This document shows, in pieces, positions 1-20,004 of a stretch of DNA of 64,000 nt. The stretch is from Octopus vulgaris (Eukaryota). Under the pieces are notes generated by a model. It was given only the letters and a program-made list of their open reading frames with translations, did no database searches and was not told the origin of the DNA. The DNA is taken from the NCBI GenBank assembly GCA_951406725.2, contig OX597816.1:73284001-73348000 (forward strand). Direction: 5' to 3'. Position 1 is the first letter of the stretch; every line of letters begins with the position of its first letter. Made by a program: the position numbers and the translations under genes.

Positions 1-59
1 CATCTGATAGTTGATGTTTTATTGATTTAAGTATGTTTCTCCATTTTCTAATTTTGTAG

Positions 60-129
<70 letters not shown>

Positions 130-130
<1 letters not shown>

Positions 131-335
131 TTGTGTGTCTTTGTCTGTCCCCCCAACATCGCTTGTCAACCGATGCTGGTGTCTTTACGTCCCTGTAACT
201 TAGCGGTTCGGCAAAAGAGACCGATAAAATAGGTACTGGGCTTACAAAGAATAATTCCTGGGGTCGATTTGCTCGATTATAAGGCGGTGCTCTATCATGG
301 CCGCAGTCAAATGACTGAAACAAGTAAAAGAGTAG
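130..335 (+). mobile_element. SINE family A, 3' half (after its internal (TA)n(TG)n tract)
   Basis: Matches 42070-42265 and the reverse complement of 46835-47040 (...cttagcggttcggcaaaagagaccgata...catggccgcagtcaaatgactgaaacaagtaaaagag). Confidence 0.85.
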
Positions 336-847
336 AAGAATAAATTTAGTATAGTATAAATTTACAATATAGATGCGAGTGCAGCAAAATATAAAGACGT
401 GTTAAAGGTTAGTATTGTCTCTAGTACCAATGTCGGGTATGATACTCATTATCATATAGCGAGTTTTCAGAAGGGATATCAATTCTTGGCTTCTATCGTG
501 TAATTAATATTGAAATATATATGCAAAAATATAAACGCTAATTACTGTATTACATTATACGGATCCAGGACATTGCAGTACTCATCTAAGCTTGGCAAAG
601 GGAAATAACTGAGGTTTAATTTAAGAACTTCTGGTAAGCTCGTATGCTCTCAGATGCTCAATTTGTGTCAAATGTACTATGAAGCAGCATAAGATATTTC
701 TATAGAGGTGGGCTTCTTAGAGCTTAAGAAGGAGACCAAAAGTTCGAATACGAAAATACTGGTACATAGGAAGATACATTCGTTAAGAGAGACAGAAGAG
801 GGAAATATGTGGGGTGGAGAAGAGAGAAGAAAGTAAAACGAATATAT

Positions 848-1278
848 ATTTCTTTATTGCCCACAAGGGGCTAAACACAGAGGGGACAAGCAAGGACATA
901 CAAAGGGATTTAGTCGATTACAAAGGAATTAAGTCGATTAAAGTACCAGAGCGAAACTGGTACTTTATTTATCGACCCCGAAAGGATGAAAGGCAAAGTC
1001 AACTTCGGCGGAATTTGAACTTGGAACGTAATGACAGACGAAATAACTATTTCTTTACTACCCACAATGGGCTAAACACAGAGGGGACAAACAAGGACAG
1101 ACAAACGGATTAAGTCGATTAGATCGATCCCAGTGCGTAACTGGTACTTATTTAATCGATCCCGAAAGGATGAAAGGCAAAGTCGACCTCGGCGGAATTT
1201 GAACTCAGAACGTAACGACAGACGAAATACCGCTAAGCATTTCGCCCGGCGTGCTAACGATTCTGCCAGCTCGCCGCC
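848..1278 (-). mobile_element. Two tandem copies of tRNA-derived SINE family B (848-1045 5'-truncated; 1047-1278 full length)
   Basis: Reverse complement matches 12640-12839 and 16754-16985. Head ggcggcgagctggcagaa.cgttagc, B-box gagttcaaattcc, central gtcgactttgcctttcatcctttcggg.tcgat. Confidence 0.9.
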
Positions 1279-1445
1279 TGTAGTAAAACGAATATAGTTT
1301 AAGACTGAAACAGGGGAGGTAAGAGATTGAGATATAAATTGAAGAGTGAGGGACAAAGAGGGATGGACGGAAAAGGCGAGAGAGGAACAGAGAGATAGAG
1401 AGTGGGTGAGTGCGCCTGTCTGTATGTGTGTGAGAGAGACAGAGA

Positions 1446-1481
<36 letters not shown>

Positions 1482-1669
1482 AAAAGAGAAAGAAAGAGAA
1501 GAAATTTATGTATATAAAGAAATAAGTAAGAGAGAAAAATTTCAAACAATCCAACATGGCGATTGACAGTTTACAAATGGCGGAAACATTTTTCTTTGTT
1601 TTGCTTTCGTCATTATATTCCTTATTTTTTACATGTTTTGTCTTCAATTTTAACTTTCTCTATATATCT

Positions 1670-8150
<6,481 letters not shown>

Positions 8151-8744
8151 TTGTTTTTTAAATTTGTGCGTTTTTCGAGAGGAATGGTATGAGAATTATT
8201 TATTGATATAATTATGTAAAACTGCACACATATACACACAACAACAGCACTCAGATATACACGCGCACATACGCATGAATAATATAGATCCAATTTATAT
8301 TTCTTTACAAGCGTAAAATAACTGAAATCGACAGAATTATTATTTCTGAGAATGCCGCAGGCTACTTCCATGCAATTGTTTCCATCCATCATTGCATCTT
8401 TATATACTTTCACACTTGCCTTGTTCTGTATTTCTCCGACTAAGTCTTGATCATATCTGTGTCTACAATGAACGGTTCTAGGGCTTATTAGCTCAGGCGT
8501 TATTGCCTCTTTTCAAACACGAGCCAGTAAGGGAGTCTAAACGCATTGGCAATAATTATCTGAAATAGCAGTCAATTCTTCCATTGATTATACTATGAAA
8601 ATTTGTCTCGAGTCTACAGGTTTTTAAGGATGGAGCGTATTCGGGTTTACAAGGTTTCCGAGACCTTTAAGTAGCTGAAAGTATAAGGCCCAGTTCCTAA
8701 ACAGAATGTTAGACCGTTGCGGGCTTATTTCTCCCACGCTGCTG

Positions 8745-9338
8745 CCCTGTAACAGGTGTTTCGCCATCTTGCAGTTTAGAATAGAAATATGATTATAATC
8801 TGTTGCTGTTTGGCCTCGGGGCACATCTAATCGAGCTGACTCATAATCAAAGACGTTCCAACCGTAACCAACATATCAATTTCTAGTTTTTGTGATTTGT
8901 TCGTTTGTCGGCTACAAATTCATAACAGTGGCTGACAAGGATGGAGCGACGTGAAATGAAGATCACAAAACACATTTCGGTTCAAAAATCGAATCCATAT
9001 CGACACGTTCGTAATCTCAACACTTTCACCACTTACCTTCATAAGTTGTACACTACACTCTTAGAGAAAAGGAAAGGCACGTTAAACAACCTTGTCATAA
9101 TCTTATTATGCTTGACAATAATTAACGCGATGGCCATGGCAGGAAGACCTTTGATAATGGGTCTCCCGCTGAACTGGATTTAAATAAAAACAAATGAACA
9201 AATCACAAAAGCTAGAAATTGATATGTTGGTTACGGTTGGAACGTCTTTGAATATGAGTCAGCCCGAGGCCAAACAGCAACAGATTATAATCATATTTCT
9301 ATTCTAAACTGCAAGATGGCGAAACACCTGTTACAGGG
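8745..9338. repeat. Inverted duplication: arms 8745-8908 and 9190-9338, ~280-bp spacer
   Basis: ccctgtaacaggtgtttcgccatcttgcagtttagaatag...tgtgatttgttc recurs as reverse complement with one short indel and very few substitutions. Confidence 0.9.
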
Positions 9339-9370
9339 TTGCATCTCCTCCTCTCTCTCTCTCTCCCTCT

Positions 9371-9404
<34 letters not shown>

Positions 9405-10755
9405 TCTCCCTCTCTCTCTCTCTCTCTCTCTCGCTCGCTCGGTCGACGAAACGAGCAAGTTGTATTTCAATTTCTGAGTAATAGATGTAAAGCACAATAT
9501 CTTTTTGTAGTTATGTGAAAAGCGTATTTACTCAGCACCCTATCAACTTAGCCACAAGATTCCTCCTTCTTATTTTCATTGTAATAATAAACCGAGAAAT
9601 TCTGCTTCATGTAATATAGTCTTTGGTGTTTTCTATTTTTGTTTTTGAAGCCTGCAATCCAATCAACGATTATGAACGTTTTAATTCATAACAGAATGTG
9701 TTAAGGAATCGAAATCGACCTCTTTGTTCTTCCTAAGTCAATCTATTTCCTAAGCTAATATAAAGGTATTATTTCCTATTGAAAACAACAGTATTATCTT
9801 GCTTTACGTTACTCTTTTATCCAGTAGGAAAATTTCTCAGTCATTCAACTTCGTATCGATCTCAATAACTTATCGATCTCAAAAACGTATCGGATGAGTC
9901 ATTAAAAGAGTATCACTCAGTTATTCAATCACTCTGTCCACTCACACTCCAACCTCGATCTCATAGAATCACTGCATCTTTACTGTGTCGTCTACCCCTA
10001 CTATAACGGCCTCTATTCCTCTCTTCCTCAAAGCTTGCCAAAGGCATACCACTGCCACATGAGCACATTCGACACACTCCGCTCTTTTCTCGTAGTGTCT
10101 GCTGCTGTGTCTTCCTTCCCATGATCCTTGCTAATCATTATGTTCAATCTTCCAGCCCTGAAGTATTCAAATATCTACAATTCTACTTATGTTTATATTA
10201 TTTTCTGATATTACTTTTCCTTACAGACGTTGACCTGGAGCTGTCCAAGCTAAATATCAGAAGTATCTCGTTTAACCAGCCATGGAGGGCTTATTGGAGA
10301 CCACGGCCACATACCGCTCCTCCGACTAGCAGCATAAAGCAATGTACTTCTACTGATGTTAAGATCTTCGAGCGGTCGCTAACGAGATGTTTCGCAGCAC
10401 AGTGCCAGGAATCTCTGCTGCACCAGACAGTAGATTTGGTGGACGTTCAGTCTCATGCTGAGTGTTTTTGCCGATAATATCAATGTAGTTGAATGTTCTT
10501 GGTCCTTCATTTGGATGCGAAAGTTTCTTAAGTATAAAAACCATTCTCTGTTAAGCAACAATAATAGAGATTGGCGCAAAGTGTCCATAAAACTCCTATT
10601 TGATTTCCCGCTCATGCCATGAAATGACTTGACTTGTTAATATGCTGGATACGACAGAGATTCTTACCGCGTGTATTTTAGTTCATATTTTATCATTTTT
10701 GAAAAACGTCTTGCTTTACTTGGAGTTATATCACTCTCACTATGATAAAATATGT

Positions 10756-12097
10756 TGTAGTGATTACATTATCCAATCCCTAATTAAAATAACGCCCTTC
10801 GCCTGAAGTACATTGAGATTTGTTTGTGATTATCCTTAACTGTTTTGCGCCTGCATTTCGAAAATTATTTTGCACCGACATACACATTTTGAAGGTGCAC
10901 TAACAGTTCATCTACTAAGCATTATCATCTGACAACTCTACCTGACGAGCTCTTCACCTCCATCATCACATTTCGATATCAGTCAAGTGAAGTTCCTCTG
11001 TAGTAGTCTAAAGATTAACCATTGATGACTGTTATTCTTAATGCTGTTTTATTACCAATTAATATCTGATAGAAAATAAATACGTTTTCACAGTTGACTT
11101 TTTTTATATATTTATATCGTTCAAATTTGTTTTCACTCTAAATTCTTTTGAAATCTGTCTCAGGTGAGTTTTAACATTAAGACGTCCTTTTCAAAACAAA
11201 TTCTGGATAATTTATGGCTCCATTGACATTACAGAATAGACTTTCAGGATTATACCTTTCAATGAGGAATCACTATGAACTTTCGTACTTCTGATCCTCC
11301 AGTTTTTCTGTTAAATTTATATATATCTTTATACTCATTTCTCTATGCTGTAAATGACTTGATACAATATGAAAATAGCTGTCTCTCTTTTATTATTATA
11401 ATTTATATAAAATTATATAAATTTTTCCATTGATATTTTATAGAACTACTATCTGCCAGCATCGGCTTGCATAAGTCAAGTTTCTATCGAAACATTTTTC
11501 AAAGAAAAGGCTGTTTGCTTGTCCCTCATTCTTCCCATAAATGGACAAAGATGCTAGGAAGAGTTCGAAACTTAACACGAAAATAGCGTTCAAATTTGTG
11601 GTTCTATTTTAGATGTGAAATGTTCTTTTAAATTATGAAGTAGACTCTCAGTTCATACAAGCTTAATTAAGATACCGCACAGACAGTTTGTCCAATCTGT
11701 AGACAGAAAACTAATCTTTCCAGATGACGCAAATATATATACCAGAAAATGAAAGTAAAATCCACCTCCTGTGTCATTAGTTTGTTGCTTAGCGTCTCCT
11801 GATATTTTTGGAGGGGAGAGATTCCACTTTAATTTCTGAGGCTGGTCATCTATATTTAAAGAATATCTTGACGTATTCTCTAAGTACTGACTGGTTCTGA
11901 ACAACTAAAAGTGTTGGCTATCGACCTGTTCTTATAATTTTTACGGTTCATAATAATACAATATATTGTAGTGATTACATTATCCCATCTCTAATTAAAA
12001 TAAAGCCCTTCGCCTGAAGTACATTGAGATTTGTTTGTGATTATCCTTAACTGTTTTGCGCCTGCATTTCGAAAATTATTATGCACCGACATACACA
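10756..12097. repeat. 131-bp direct repeat pair (10756-10886, 11967-12097)
   Basis: tgtagtgattacattatc...cgcctgaagtacattgagatttg...gcaccgacatacaca occurs twice with about 4 substitutions, 1211 bp apart. Confidence 0.9.
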
Positions 12098-12379
12098 ATA
12101 ATACAAAAATATCAACAAAACACTTTCCTTAATATATTTATGTTGAAACAAACATAAAGAATTTGTGGAAATAACTTTGTCGTCGTCAAGATGTCGTGTG
12201 GAGCATGAATTAACATGAAATTTTGATGTAAGGCTTTTAGATTGCTTTAAAACGGAGGATTTGTATGATAGAGCCAGTGGCGGTTTCAGGCGGTTTATTG
12301 TCAAAACTCAACAGTCAGAGAGTTAAATGAAATTCATTGCTAAATGAGAAAATATTGGTGTTTTTATCAGATAACTTAC

Positions 12380-12980
12380 GGTCGGGAGGCCAAATTCTGC
12401 TGAAGGCTGAATTTCAGCAGGACTTCAGAAGTAATTAATCTGTAGAGGGTACTAAAGTTTGAAAAGCAAAAACAAATTTGATATTTTATATACGACTGTT
12501 TACTCCTGCACCACCTAGAGGGGAGTCAATTTATGAAATCAAGACAGAAATGACAACAAGAAAATATCAGAAAAACTATTCTTGGATAAGCAAAGTAGTT
12601 GGTTAAAGAATCTCTACAAGAGATGAAAGAAGTAACTATGGCGGCGAGCTGGCAGAAACATTAGCACGCCGGGCGAAATGCTTAGTGTTATTTCGTCTGC
12701 CGCTACGTTCTGAGTTCAAATTCCGCCGAGGTCGACTTTGCCTTTCATCCTGTCGGGGTCGATATAATCGACTTAATCCGTTTGTCTGTCCTTGTTTGTC
12801 TCCTCTGTATGTAGCCCCATTTGGGCAGTAAAGAAATAGGAAGTAACTACACTGAGAAGGAATGTTTGTCACCACATCAACATGGCTATTCCGTACGAAC
12901 CAACGTTACTACCATCTTTAACCCCATGAGGATCCTCCTCTAACTGATTATCGAGGCAATCTGCAGCCGATATATACTGT
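12380..12980 (+). pseudogene. Highly degraded LINE (CR1/Jockey-like) reverse-transcriptase remnant, interrupted by a SINE
   Basis: Removing the SINE joins ISKVV...RDERSNYTEKECLSPHQHGY, resembling the SKxxE...LSxxQHGF region before the RT core; many stops. Confidence 0.3.
12640..12839 (+). mobile_element. SINE family B with 10-bp target-site duplication
   Basis: Family B sequence flanked by gaagtaacta at 12629-12638 and 12840-12849. Confidence 0.92.
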
Positions 12981-13204
12981 AAGCAGGGGAGCGAACCCCT
13001 ACCATCTTGTAGTGACCTGACAGGACCACCAGACCGGGCTATTTTTGCCTTTTGGATATATTCATAGCAATGTCTTTTTTTCAAACTTTAGGAAAGATGA
13101 AAACGATTCACAATCGTACTTCTTAGAATCAAACTTAGAGATCGTTTCTGGCATAAATAAACACATTCCCTCCTCTAAGGAATTAGACGTTGTTCTGTTT
13201 GATA

Positions 13205-13422
13205 AGAGTGGTTTCAAATTTTGGCATAATGCCAGCAATTTTGGGGGAGAGGACTGGTCGATTACATCGGCCCCATTGCTCAGCCGGTACTAATCTTATC
13301 GACTCCGAAAGGATGAAAGGTAAAGTAGACCTCGGTGGAATTTGAACTCAGAATGTAAAGACAGACAAAATGCCGCCAAGTATTTTGCCTGGCGTGCTAA
13401 CGATTCTGCCAGCTAGCTACCT
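13205..13422 (-). mobile_element. SINE family B, diverged subfamily with a different 3' tail
   Basis: Head and core match family B; tail ...aaaattgctggcattatgccaaaatttgaaacc. Confidence 0.75.
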
Positions 13423-13727
13423 TTCTGCTAACTAACTGACCGAATCGTTAGATTATGGGTAAGAAAACAAAACACAATGCATAGATTTTTTTAAAGAAAT
13501 AGTTTCCAACTCAAAATCTGAGAAAAAATACTTTAGACAACGGTAATTTTATAGGGTCAGTCATTGATGTGGAGTTAAGAAGTTCGCTTCGCAATCACAT
13601 TAGCTTCGAGATCAATCTCACAGCATGGCATCTAAAGCAAATGTATTCTACTAAACACCTGAATTGTCCAATGCCGTGTGAGAACACTTTGTACATGGAA
13701 ACTGTAGAAGCCCATCTTATATATACA

Positions 13728-13800
<73 letters not shown>

Positions 13801-13865
13801 GACTGGCCTCTTCCCCCAAAATTTCGGGCCTTGTGCCTAGAGTAGAAAAGAATATTTCATTTTTA

Positions 13866-14083
13866 AAGCAGCGAGCTGGCAGAAACGTTAGATCGCCGGG
13901 CGAAATGCTTAGCGGTATTTCGTTTGTCTTTACGTTCTGAGTTCAAATTCCGCCGAGGTCGACTTTCCTTTTCATCCTTTCGGAGTAGATAAATTAAGTA
14001 TCAGTTGCGTACTGAGGTCGATCTAATCGACTGCCCCACCTTCCCCAAACTTTCGATCCTTGGGCCCACAGTAGAAAAGAATA
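13866..14083 (+). mobile_element. SINE family B, subfamily with ...agtagaaaagaata tail (a solo tail also at 13798-13855)
   Basis: gcagcgagctggcagaaacgttag...gagttcaaattccgccgaggtcgac...cagtagaaaagaataa. Confidence 0.85.
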
Positions 14084-14189
14084 ATATAAGGAGAGAATAG
14101 GCTCAGTTCATTGGACAGCATATGAGAAGGAAAAAAAACATTGAGCTCTTGGGGATAACGGGAAACCAAAAGAAAACAGAGGGATAAGA

Positions 14190-14645
14190 AACCATGACCA
14201 TCACCAACATGATGACGATTAAAATCACATCATCACCACAGTTACCTACAAATGCTACCAACACCATAGCTATCACCATTTGTGTTATTAGCAATGAGCA
14301 TTAGCGCTACAAACATAGTGCTCCCGCTACCGCCACGATCAACACAACCTTTACCAACACGAACAAAACCAACACTACAACCAAACATCACAACAACACC
14401 TATCACAATCACCACTACCACCACTACAGCCACAGCTACAACCATCACCGCCACCATCAACAACAACACTATCACCACAACGACCACTCTACATCTACCA
14501 CCACCACTACAATCACTATCACAACCACTACAACCCCCACCGCAAACACCAAAACCACCACCACCATAACCACCATAACCACCACCACCATCATCACCCT
14601 CACCACCTCAACCACAACCACAGCTATCACCACCACCGCAACGAC
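14190..14645. repeat. Degenerate (ACC/AAC)n low-complexity tract
   Basis: Trinucleotide composition visible; T/P- or V-rich pseudo-ORFs only. Confidence 0.85.
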
Positions 14646-15090
14646 CTTTAAAGTAAATACACACTTATACACACACACCTATACATTGCGAATTTATCTT
14701 CCGCTGCTTTCTTTTTCTTTATATATTTTTAACTGGATTACCAAGGACAATTGCATTATAACTTAAATAACCATACTTCATGACAGTCTTGATGTAAGTA
14801 CTAGGATATTTATATACACTGGGACAGAATAGAATGATGTGAACTGGAGAGGAGTGGGGGAAAGCTGTGTATAGATGGAATATAATGGAATGAAAATGAA
14901 CTGAATGGAATGGAATAAAATAGAATAGGACACAAAATTTATTTCATAATTAACAAAAGAGCAAAATAGATATCTATACAGGGAACAAGAATAAAATGGA
15001 ATATAGAAAACAACGTACTGGAGTTGTTTTAAAGAGTATGCCTGGATGTGTGCATGTATGTATGTATGTGAGTATGTGCATGCATGTCTA

Positions 15091-15146
<56 letters not shown>

Positions 15147-16404
15147 CTACGTGCGTATATATGTATTTCTATCTATCTATCTATATATATATATATGTAT
15201 ATGCTTGTGTGTGTGTATGTATGTATGTATGTATGTATGTACGTACGATTGTATGTATGTATGTATGTGAATATATATGTATATCTACGTCTGTATATAT
15301 GTATATATATGTATTTGCAGGTACGTGCATATATGTGTATGTATATGTGTGTGTATGTATATATGCTTGAGTCTATGTATATATGTGTATGTGGGTACGC
15401 TGGAAGATAGATAGGTAGGTATGCACGTATGTATGCAAGTATGTATGTATGTCTGTCTGTATGTAAATATGTATGTGTGTGTATCTGTATGCGTATATAT
15501 GCAAGTGTCTACGCGTACATCAGAGTATTATGTATTTATGTATAAATGTAGGTATATATGCGTATGCATGTATGTAGGCAGGTAAGAAAGTATGCATGTA
15601 TGCTTGCAGGTATGTATGTGTATATGGCCGTGTATATGCATGCGTATGTATATAACATTGGTAGGTTGGCTTATATCTGTCTGTCTGTATGTATATATGT
15701 TTGTATGTAACTATGTATGTATCAATGTATGTATATGTATGCAAGCAGGTATGTATGTAGGCACGCATGAGTGTGTGTATGTGTGCGTATGTGTATGTAT
15801 GTATGTATGTATGTATATTTGTATGTACGTGTGTATGTATGTATGTATGTATGTATGTATATTTGTATGTACGTGTGTATGTATGTACGTATGTGTGTAT
15901 GTATGTACGTATGTATGTGTGTGTGTATATATGTATGTATGTACGTATGTATGCGTGTATGTATGTATGAATGTATGTATGGATATATGTATGAATGTAT
16001 GTATACACGTATGTATGAGTGTGCGTGTATTCCTCCAATCAAATTAGTTTTAGTCACCTTTGCATTTATAGTCGTGCTAGTTTTAAGATCTTAATACCTA
16101 TTGTTCTAAGGAATCAATGAAACTTTCATCACGCTGAAATACAATCAAAGAATAATATTTCTTTTTTCTAGTTTTGGCATAGGACCAGGAATTCTGAGGA
16201 GAAGGTGGAGCCGATGAAATCGATTCAGTGCTCAATTCGTACTTATTTTATCGACCCCGAAACGATGATAGACAATCTACTAACGCTGGTCATTATTCAT
16301 TGCCCTTCTCCTCCTGAATGCAAATTGGGTAACTGGCCCTATGAGACCTAAGGATCGAGACAGCACTTTCTTATTTACATGTATTAAGGACGTGAATTCA
16401 ATTC

Positions 16405-16660
16405 TCCGCGGCGCGTTCTGTCCTTGAGCAACGCACTTTATTTCACGCTGTCATACTCAACTGGACAAAAACGAGTTGTACCTGTAATTCAAACGGGCCC
16501 AGCCTTGTCACATTCTGTGTCACGCTCAATCTCACTGAGAACTACATTAAGGGCACACATGTCTGTGGAATACTCAGCCACTTGCACGTTAATTGCACAA
16601 ACAGGCTGCTCTGTTGATTGGATCAGCAGAAGGCCTTGTCGTCGTAATCGACGGAGTGCC
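16405..16660 (+). mobile_element. SINE family D body with tail T1 (...gtcgtcgtaatcgacggagtgcc)
   Basis: gtccttgagcaacgcactttatttcacg core shared with 21350-21670(-) and 22390-22460; tail shared with 44950-45103. Confidence 0.75.
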
Positions 16661-16665
16661 GGTGC

Positions 16666-16985
16666 TGAAGGCGGCGAGCTGGCAGATGAAGGCGGTGAGC
16701 TGGCAGATGAAGGCGGCGAGCTGGCAGATGAAGGCGGCGAGCTGGCAGATGAAGGCGGCGAGCTGGCAGAAACGTTTGCACGCCGGGCGAAATGCGTAGC
16801 CGTATTTCGTCTGCCGTTACGTTCTGAGCTCAAATTCCGCCGAGATCGACTTTGCCTTTCATCCTTTCGGGGTCGATAAATTAAGTACCAGTTACGCACT
16901 GGGGTCGATGTAATCGACTTAATCCGTTTGTCTGCCCTTGTTTGTCCCCTCTGTGTTTAGCCCCTTGTGGGTAGTAAAGAAATAG
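16666..16985 (+). mobile_element. SINE family B with 5x tandem 21-bp head repeat and 8-bp TSD
   Basis: (tgaaggcggcgagctggcaga)x5 at 16666-16770; TSD ggtgctga at 16661-16668 and 16985-16992. Confidence 0.92.
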
Positions 16986-17700
16986 GTGCTGAGGATAAAT
17001 TCCATCAGTTTTAGATAGTTTGGCCTTCAGAGAAATTTCATGAAGGGTAGAAAGATATAGGTAATTGAGTAGTACAGCTTTCAGTCAATCAATTATGAGA
17101 TTAAAATATGATAATAGATATACACACATAATGGGTATGTCACGTTCACAATGTCGAAACTCTAGTTCAAATCTCAGAGTGAAGAATTTAACAACCTTAA
17201 TATGTCGGTACTTGGCCGCTTGGAGATTTGAAGAGGTAATTTTATTGGGCGTTGAATTATGAGTAACTGAAGTTGGTGAAAATATATTGATACTCACAGA
17301 TAACCTTATTACTTAACCAAACAGAAAAAGCATTTAAAACAACAAATGAAAGAAGGAAAGACGGGACCATCAACCAATGCGAATAACAGTCACAGATACG
17401 AAACTGCGCAATCAGATTGATTCAGTATGATTGTGTAAAAATTTAACGTCAGTTATACTTAAAACTTGTCGTTTCAGTTAACGCCACGGGTGCTGTCGTC
17501 GTTGAGGACATTCACACTTAGATTATCTTGGAGATCACATCAAAGATTGATATAGCAGAGACACAACGGGAATTGACGTTTCTGATGTTCAACCAGAAAA
17601 TTCGTAAGGAAATAAGAGAATATTAAAATAAAACACATAAACCGGGATAATACACCACGTTCAATCTATCACACTTCTACACAAACACTTGCCCGTTCGT

Positions 17701-17840
<140 letters not shown>

Positions 17841-17912
17841 CAGGCATGCAGACAGACAGAGAGAGAGAGACAGAGAGACAGATAGATAGGTGGATAGATA
17901 GATAGATAGGTG

Positions 17913-18004
<92 letters not shown>

Positions 18005-18282
18005 TAATTATATATACACATGTATTGGTGAATATAACACATATTTACACATATATATCATATATACATACATATATATATGAATGTGTGTCTATATGCG
18101 TATGTATATATATCTATATCTATATATATATGTGTGTGTGTGTGTAGGAATATATATAGGTAGATAGATAAATAGAAAGATAGGCAGATAGATGTGTGTG
18201 CGTGTTCGTACACATACATAAACACTCATATATAGACATATAGATGTGTATATGTATAGATACTAATATATATGTACATACA

Positions 18283-18337
<55 letters not shown>

Positions 18338-18435
18338 ATACATACATATATATGTATATATACGTACATACAAACCACACAAACACTTAAGCGCAAACAC
18401 ATATATGAATAGATACATATACATATATGTATATG

Positions 18436-18498
<63 letters not shown>

Positions 18499-18532
18499 AT
18501 ATATATATGTATCTATATATATATATATATGT

Positions 18533-18578
<46 letters not shown>

Positions 18579-18760
18579 CTGTGTGTGTGTGTGTGTGTGT
18601 ATTATATGTACGTTTATACATGTATCTACGCGTTTGTTCTTTGTGTGAATGAGTGCGTATGCAGGATTGTGTGAATGCGTGAGTACAGAACAAATGTGTA
18701 CAAGTGTACAATCTGTACACAAACGCACACACACATACACACGCATACATACACACATAC

Positions 18761-18791
<31 letters not shown>

Positions 18792-19814
18792 TAAAGAAAG
18801 AAAGAGAGAAAGTTTGAGTAGAAAGACAGACAGACTACTTAATACATATTCATGAGAATTATCATTTAACAGTTGTAATGTTGATACCTATAGGTCTTTC
18901 TGTCGTATATTATTACCATTTAATGTAGATCAAGACAAACAACGCTGCCGACTCAGGGGACATATAGTTAAGCCATAAACTATTCAAAAGTGATATACCG
19001 ATAAGATTGAATAAGTTGCAAAGCGTCTCGTGAGGAAGAAATTCTCTGCAGCTACAATTTCTATTTGATGTCTCCGATGTTAAATCGTCTACAAAATACT
19101 TTAAAAAGTTCTACTGATAAATTTTATTGAATATTTTTGACCTATTGGGATGACCTCTATTCTATAATCTAAGTTTTATTGAATTTTATTCATCGTATTT
19201 ATCTAACTCACCTCCCATTCCTACAATCTGACTGTTTTATTTTACAAACACGAATCAGTTAACCATTTAAAGCCATACATTGGAAGAATGAATGCTACAC
19301 CGTGATTCTCAATTGAAATACAGTGTTTGATTTAATTGGTAAATCTCACAACAGCCGGCTCATAAACATACGTACACATTCATTCATATTAAACGCACTC
19401 GAAAATTTTCACTAGGATTTGTTTTAGGATAAAAATCAATAGAAGGAGATGAAAAAATCTAATACAATCATTATTGATATTTCACTAAATAGAAATCGTA
19501 ATAACAAAAGTTATATTCTTTTACCCTAACAAAGCCTGAAATGCTATCATCCAAATAAAATTGGTTGCTATTATAATTTTGTTGACAATAATTTTGCTTT
19601 TAAAATATATATCTCTTTAGAATGTGATAAATAACATAACTGGCTGAAGCCAATTCAGTTCACTTCTTATTTTTCATTCTATTTAGTAATATTTTATTTA
19701 TGTCTGGTAAACACGGTAGGCGTAGACAATCCGATTGTTCACAGCACACACAGTTTCTACGGTATTATTGAAACTGAGGCGAAACGCCGCAGACTACGGT
19801 GCTTTTGTGCCAAA

Positions 19815-19967
19815 CCAGAGCCTACTGAGTCCGCTGAGCTTGTTGAACTCGCTGAGCCTGCTTAACCTGTAGTGCCCGCTTAGCTTCTTGGGTTTGTTGA
19901 GCCTGCTTAGCCTGTTGGATCTGCTGAGCTGCTGATCCTACTGATCCTATTGAGCCTGCTGAGCCTG
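19815..19967. repeat. Degenerate 9-bp minisatellite (gagcctgct)n
   Basis: gagcctact gagtccgct gagcttgtt gaactcgct gagcctgct... with clear 9-bp periodicity. Confidence 0.7.
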
Positions 19968-20004
19968 TATGCTATTACTTTGTAACCAGCCCGAGAAAGT
20001 CTTT

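Noticed and set aside
10227-10477. Possible exon after a good polypyrimidine/CAG acceptor
   Set aside because: Translation has no recognisable homology and no partner exons; cannot be supported
11671-11730. CPICR motif suggesting a RING finger
   Set aside because: Isolated between stop codons with no upstream Cys/His ligands
10756-12097. LTR retrotransposon/TRIM
   Set aside because: No TSD, primer-binding site or polypurine tract; similarity extends slightly beyond the TG
16666-16770. CRISPR-like array or EGGELAD protein repeat
   Set aside because: No spacers; the unit is the SINE B 5' end, in a eukaryotic context
17478-17603. 126-bp AG...GT-bounded candidate coding exon
   Set aside because: Stop codons in all three frames; no supporting neighbouring exons
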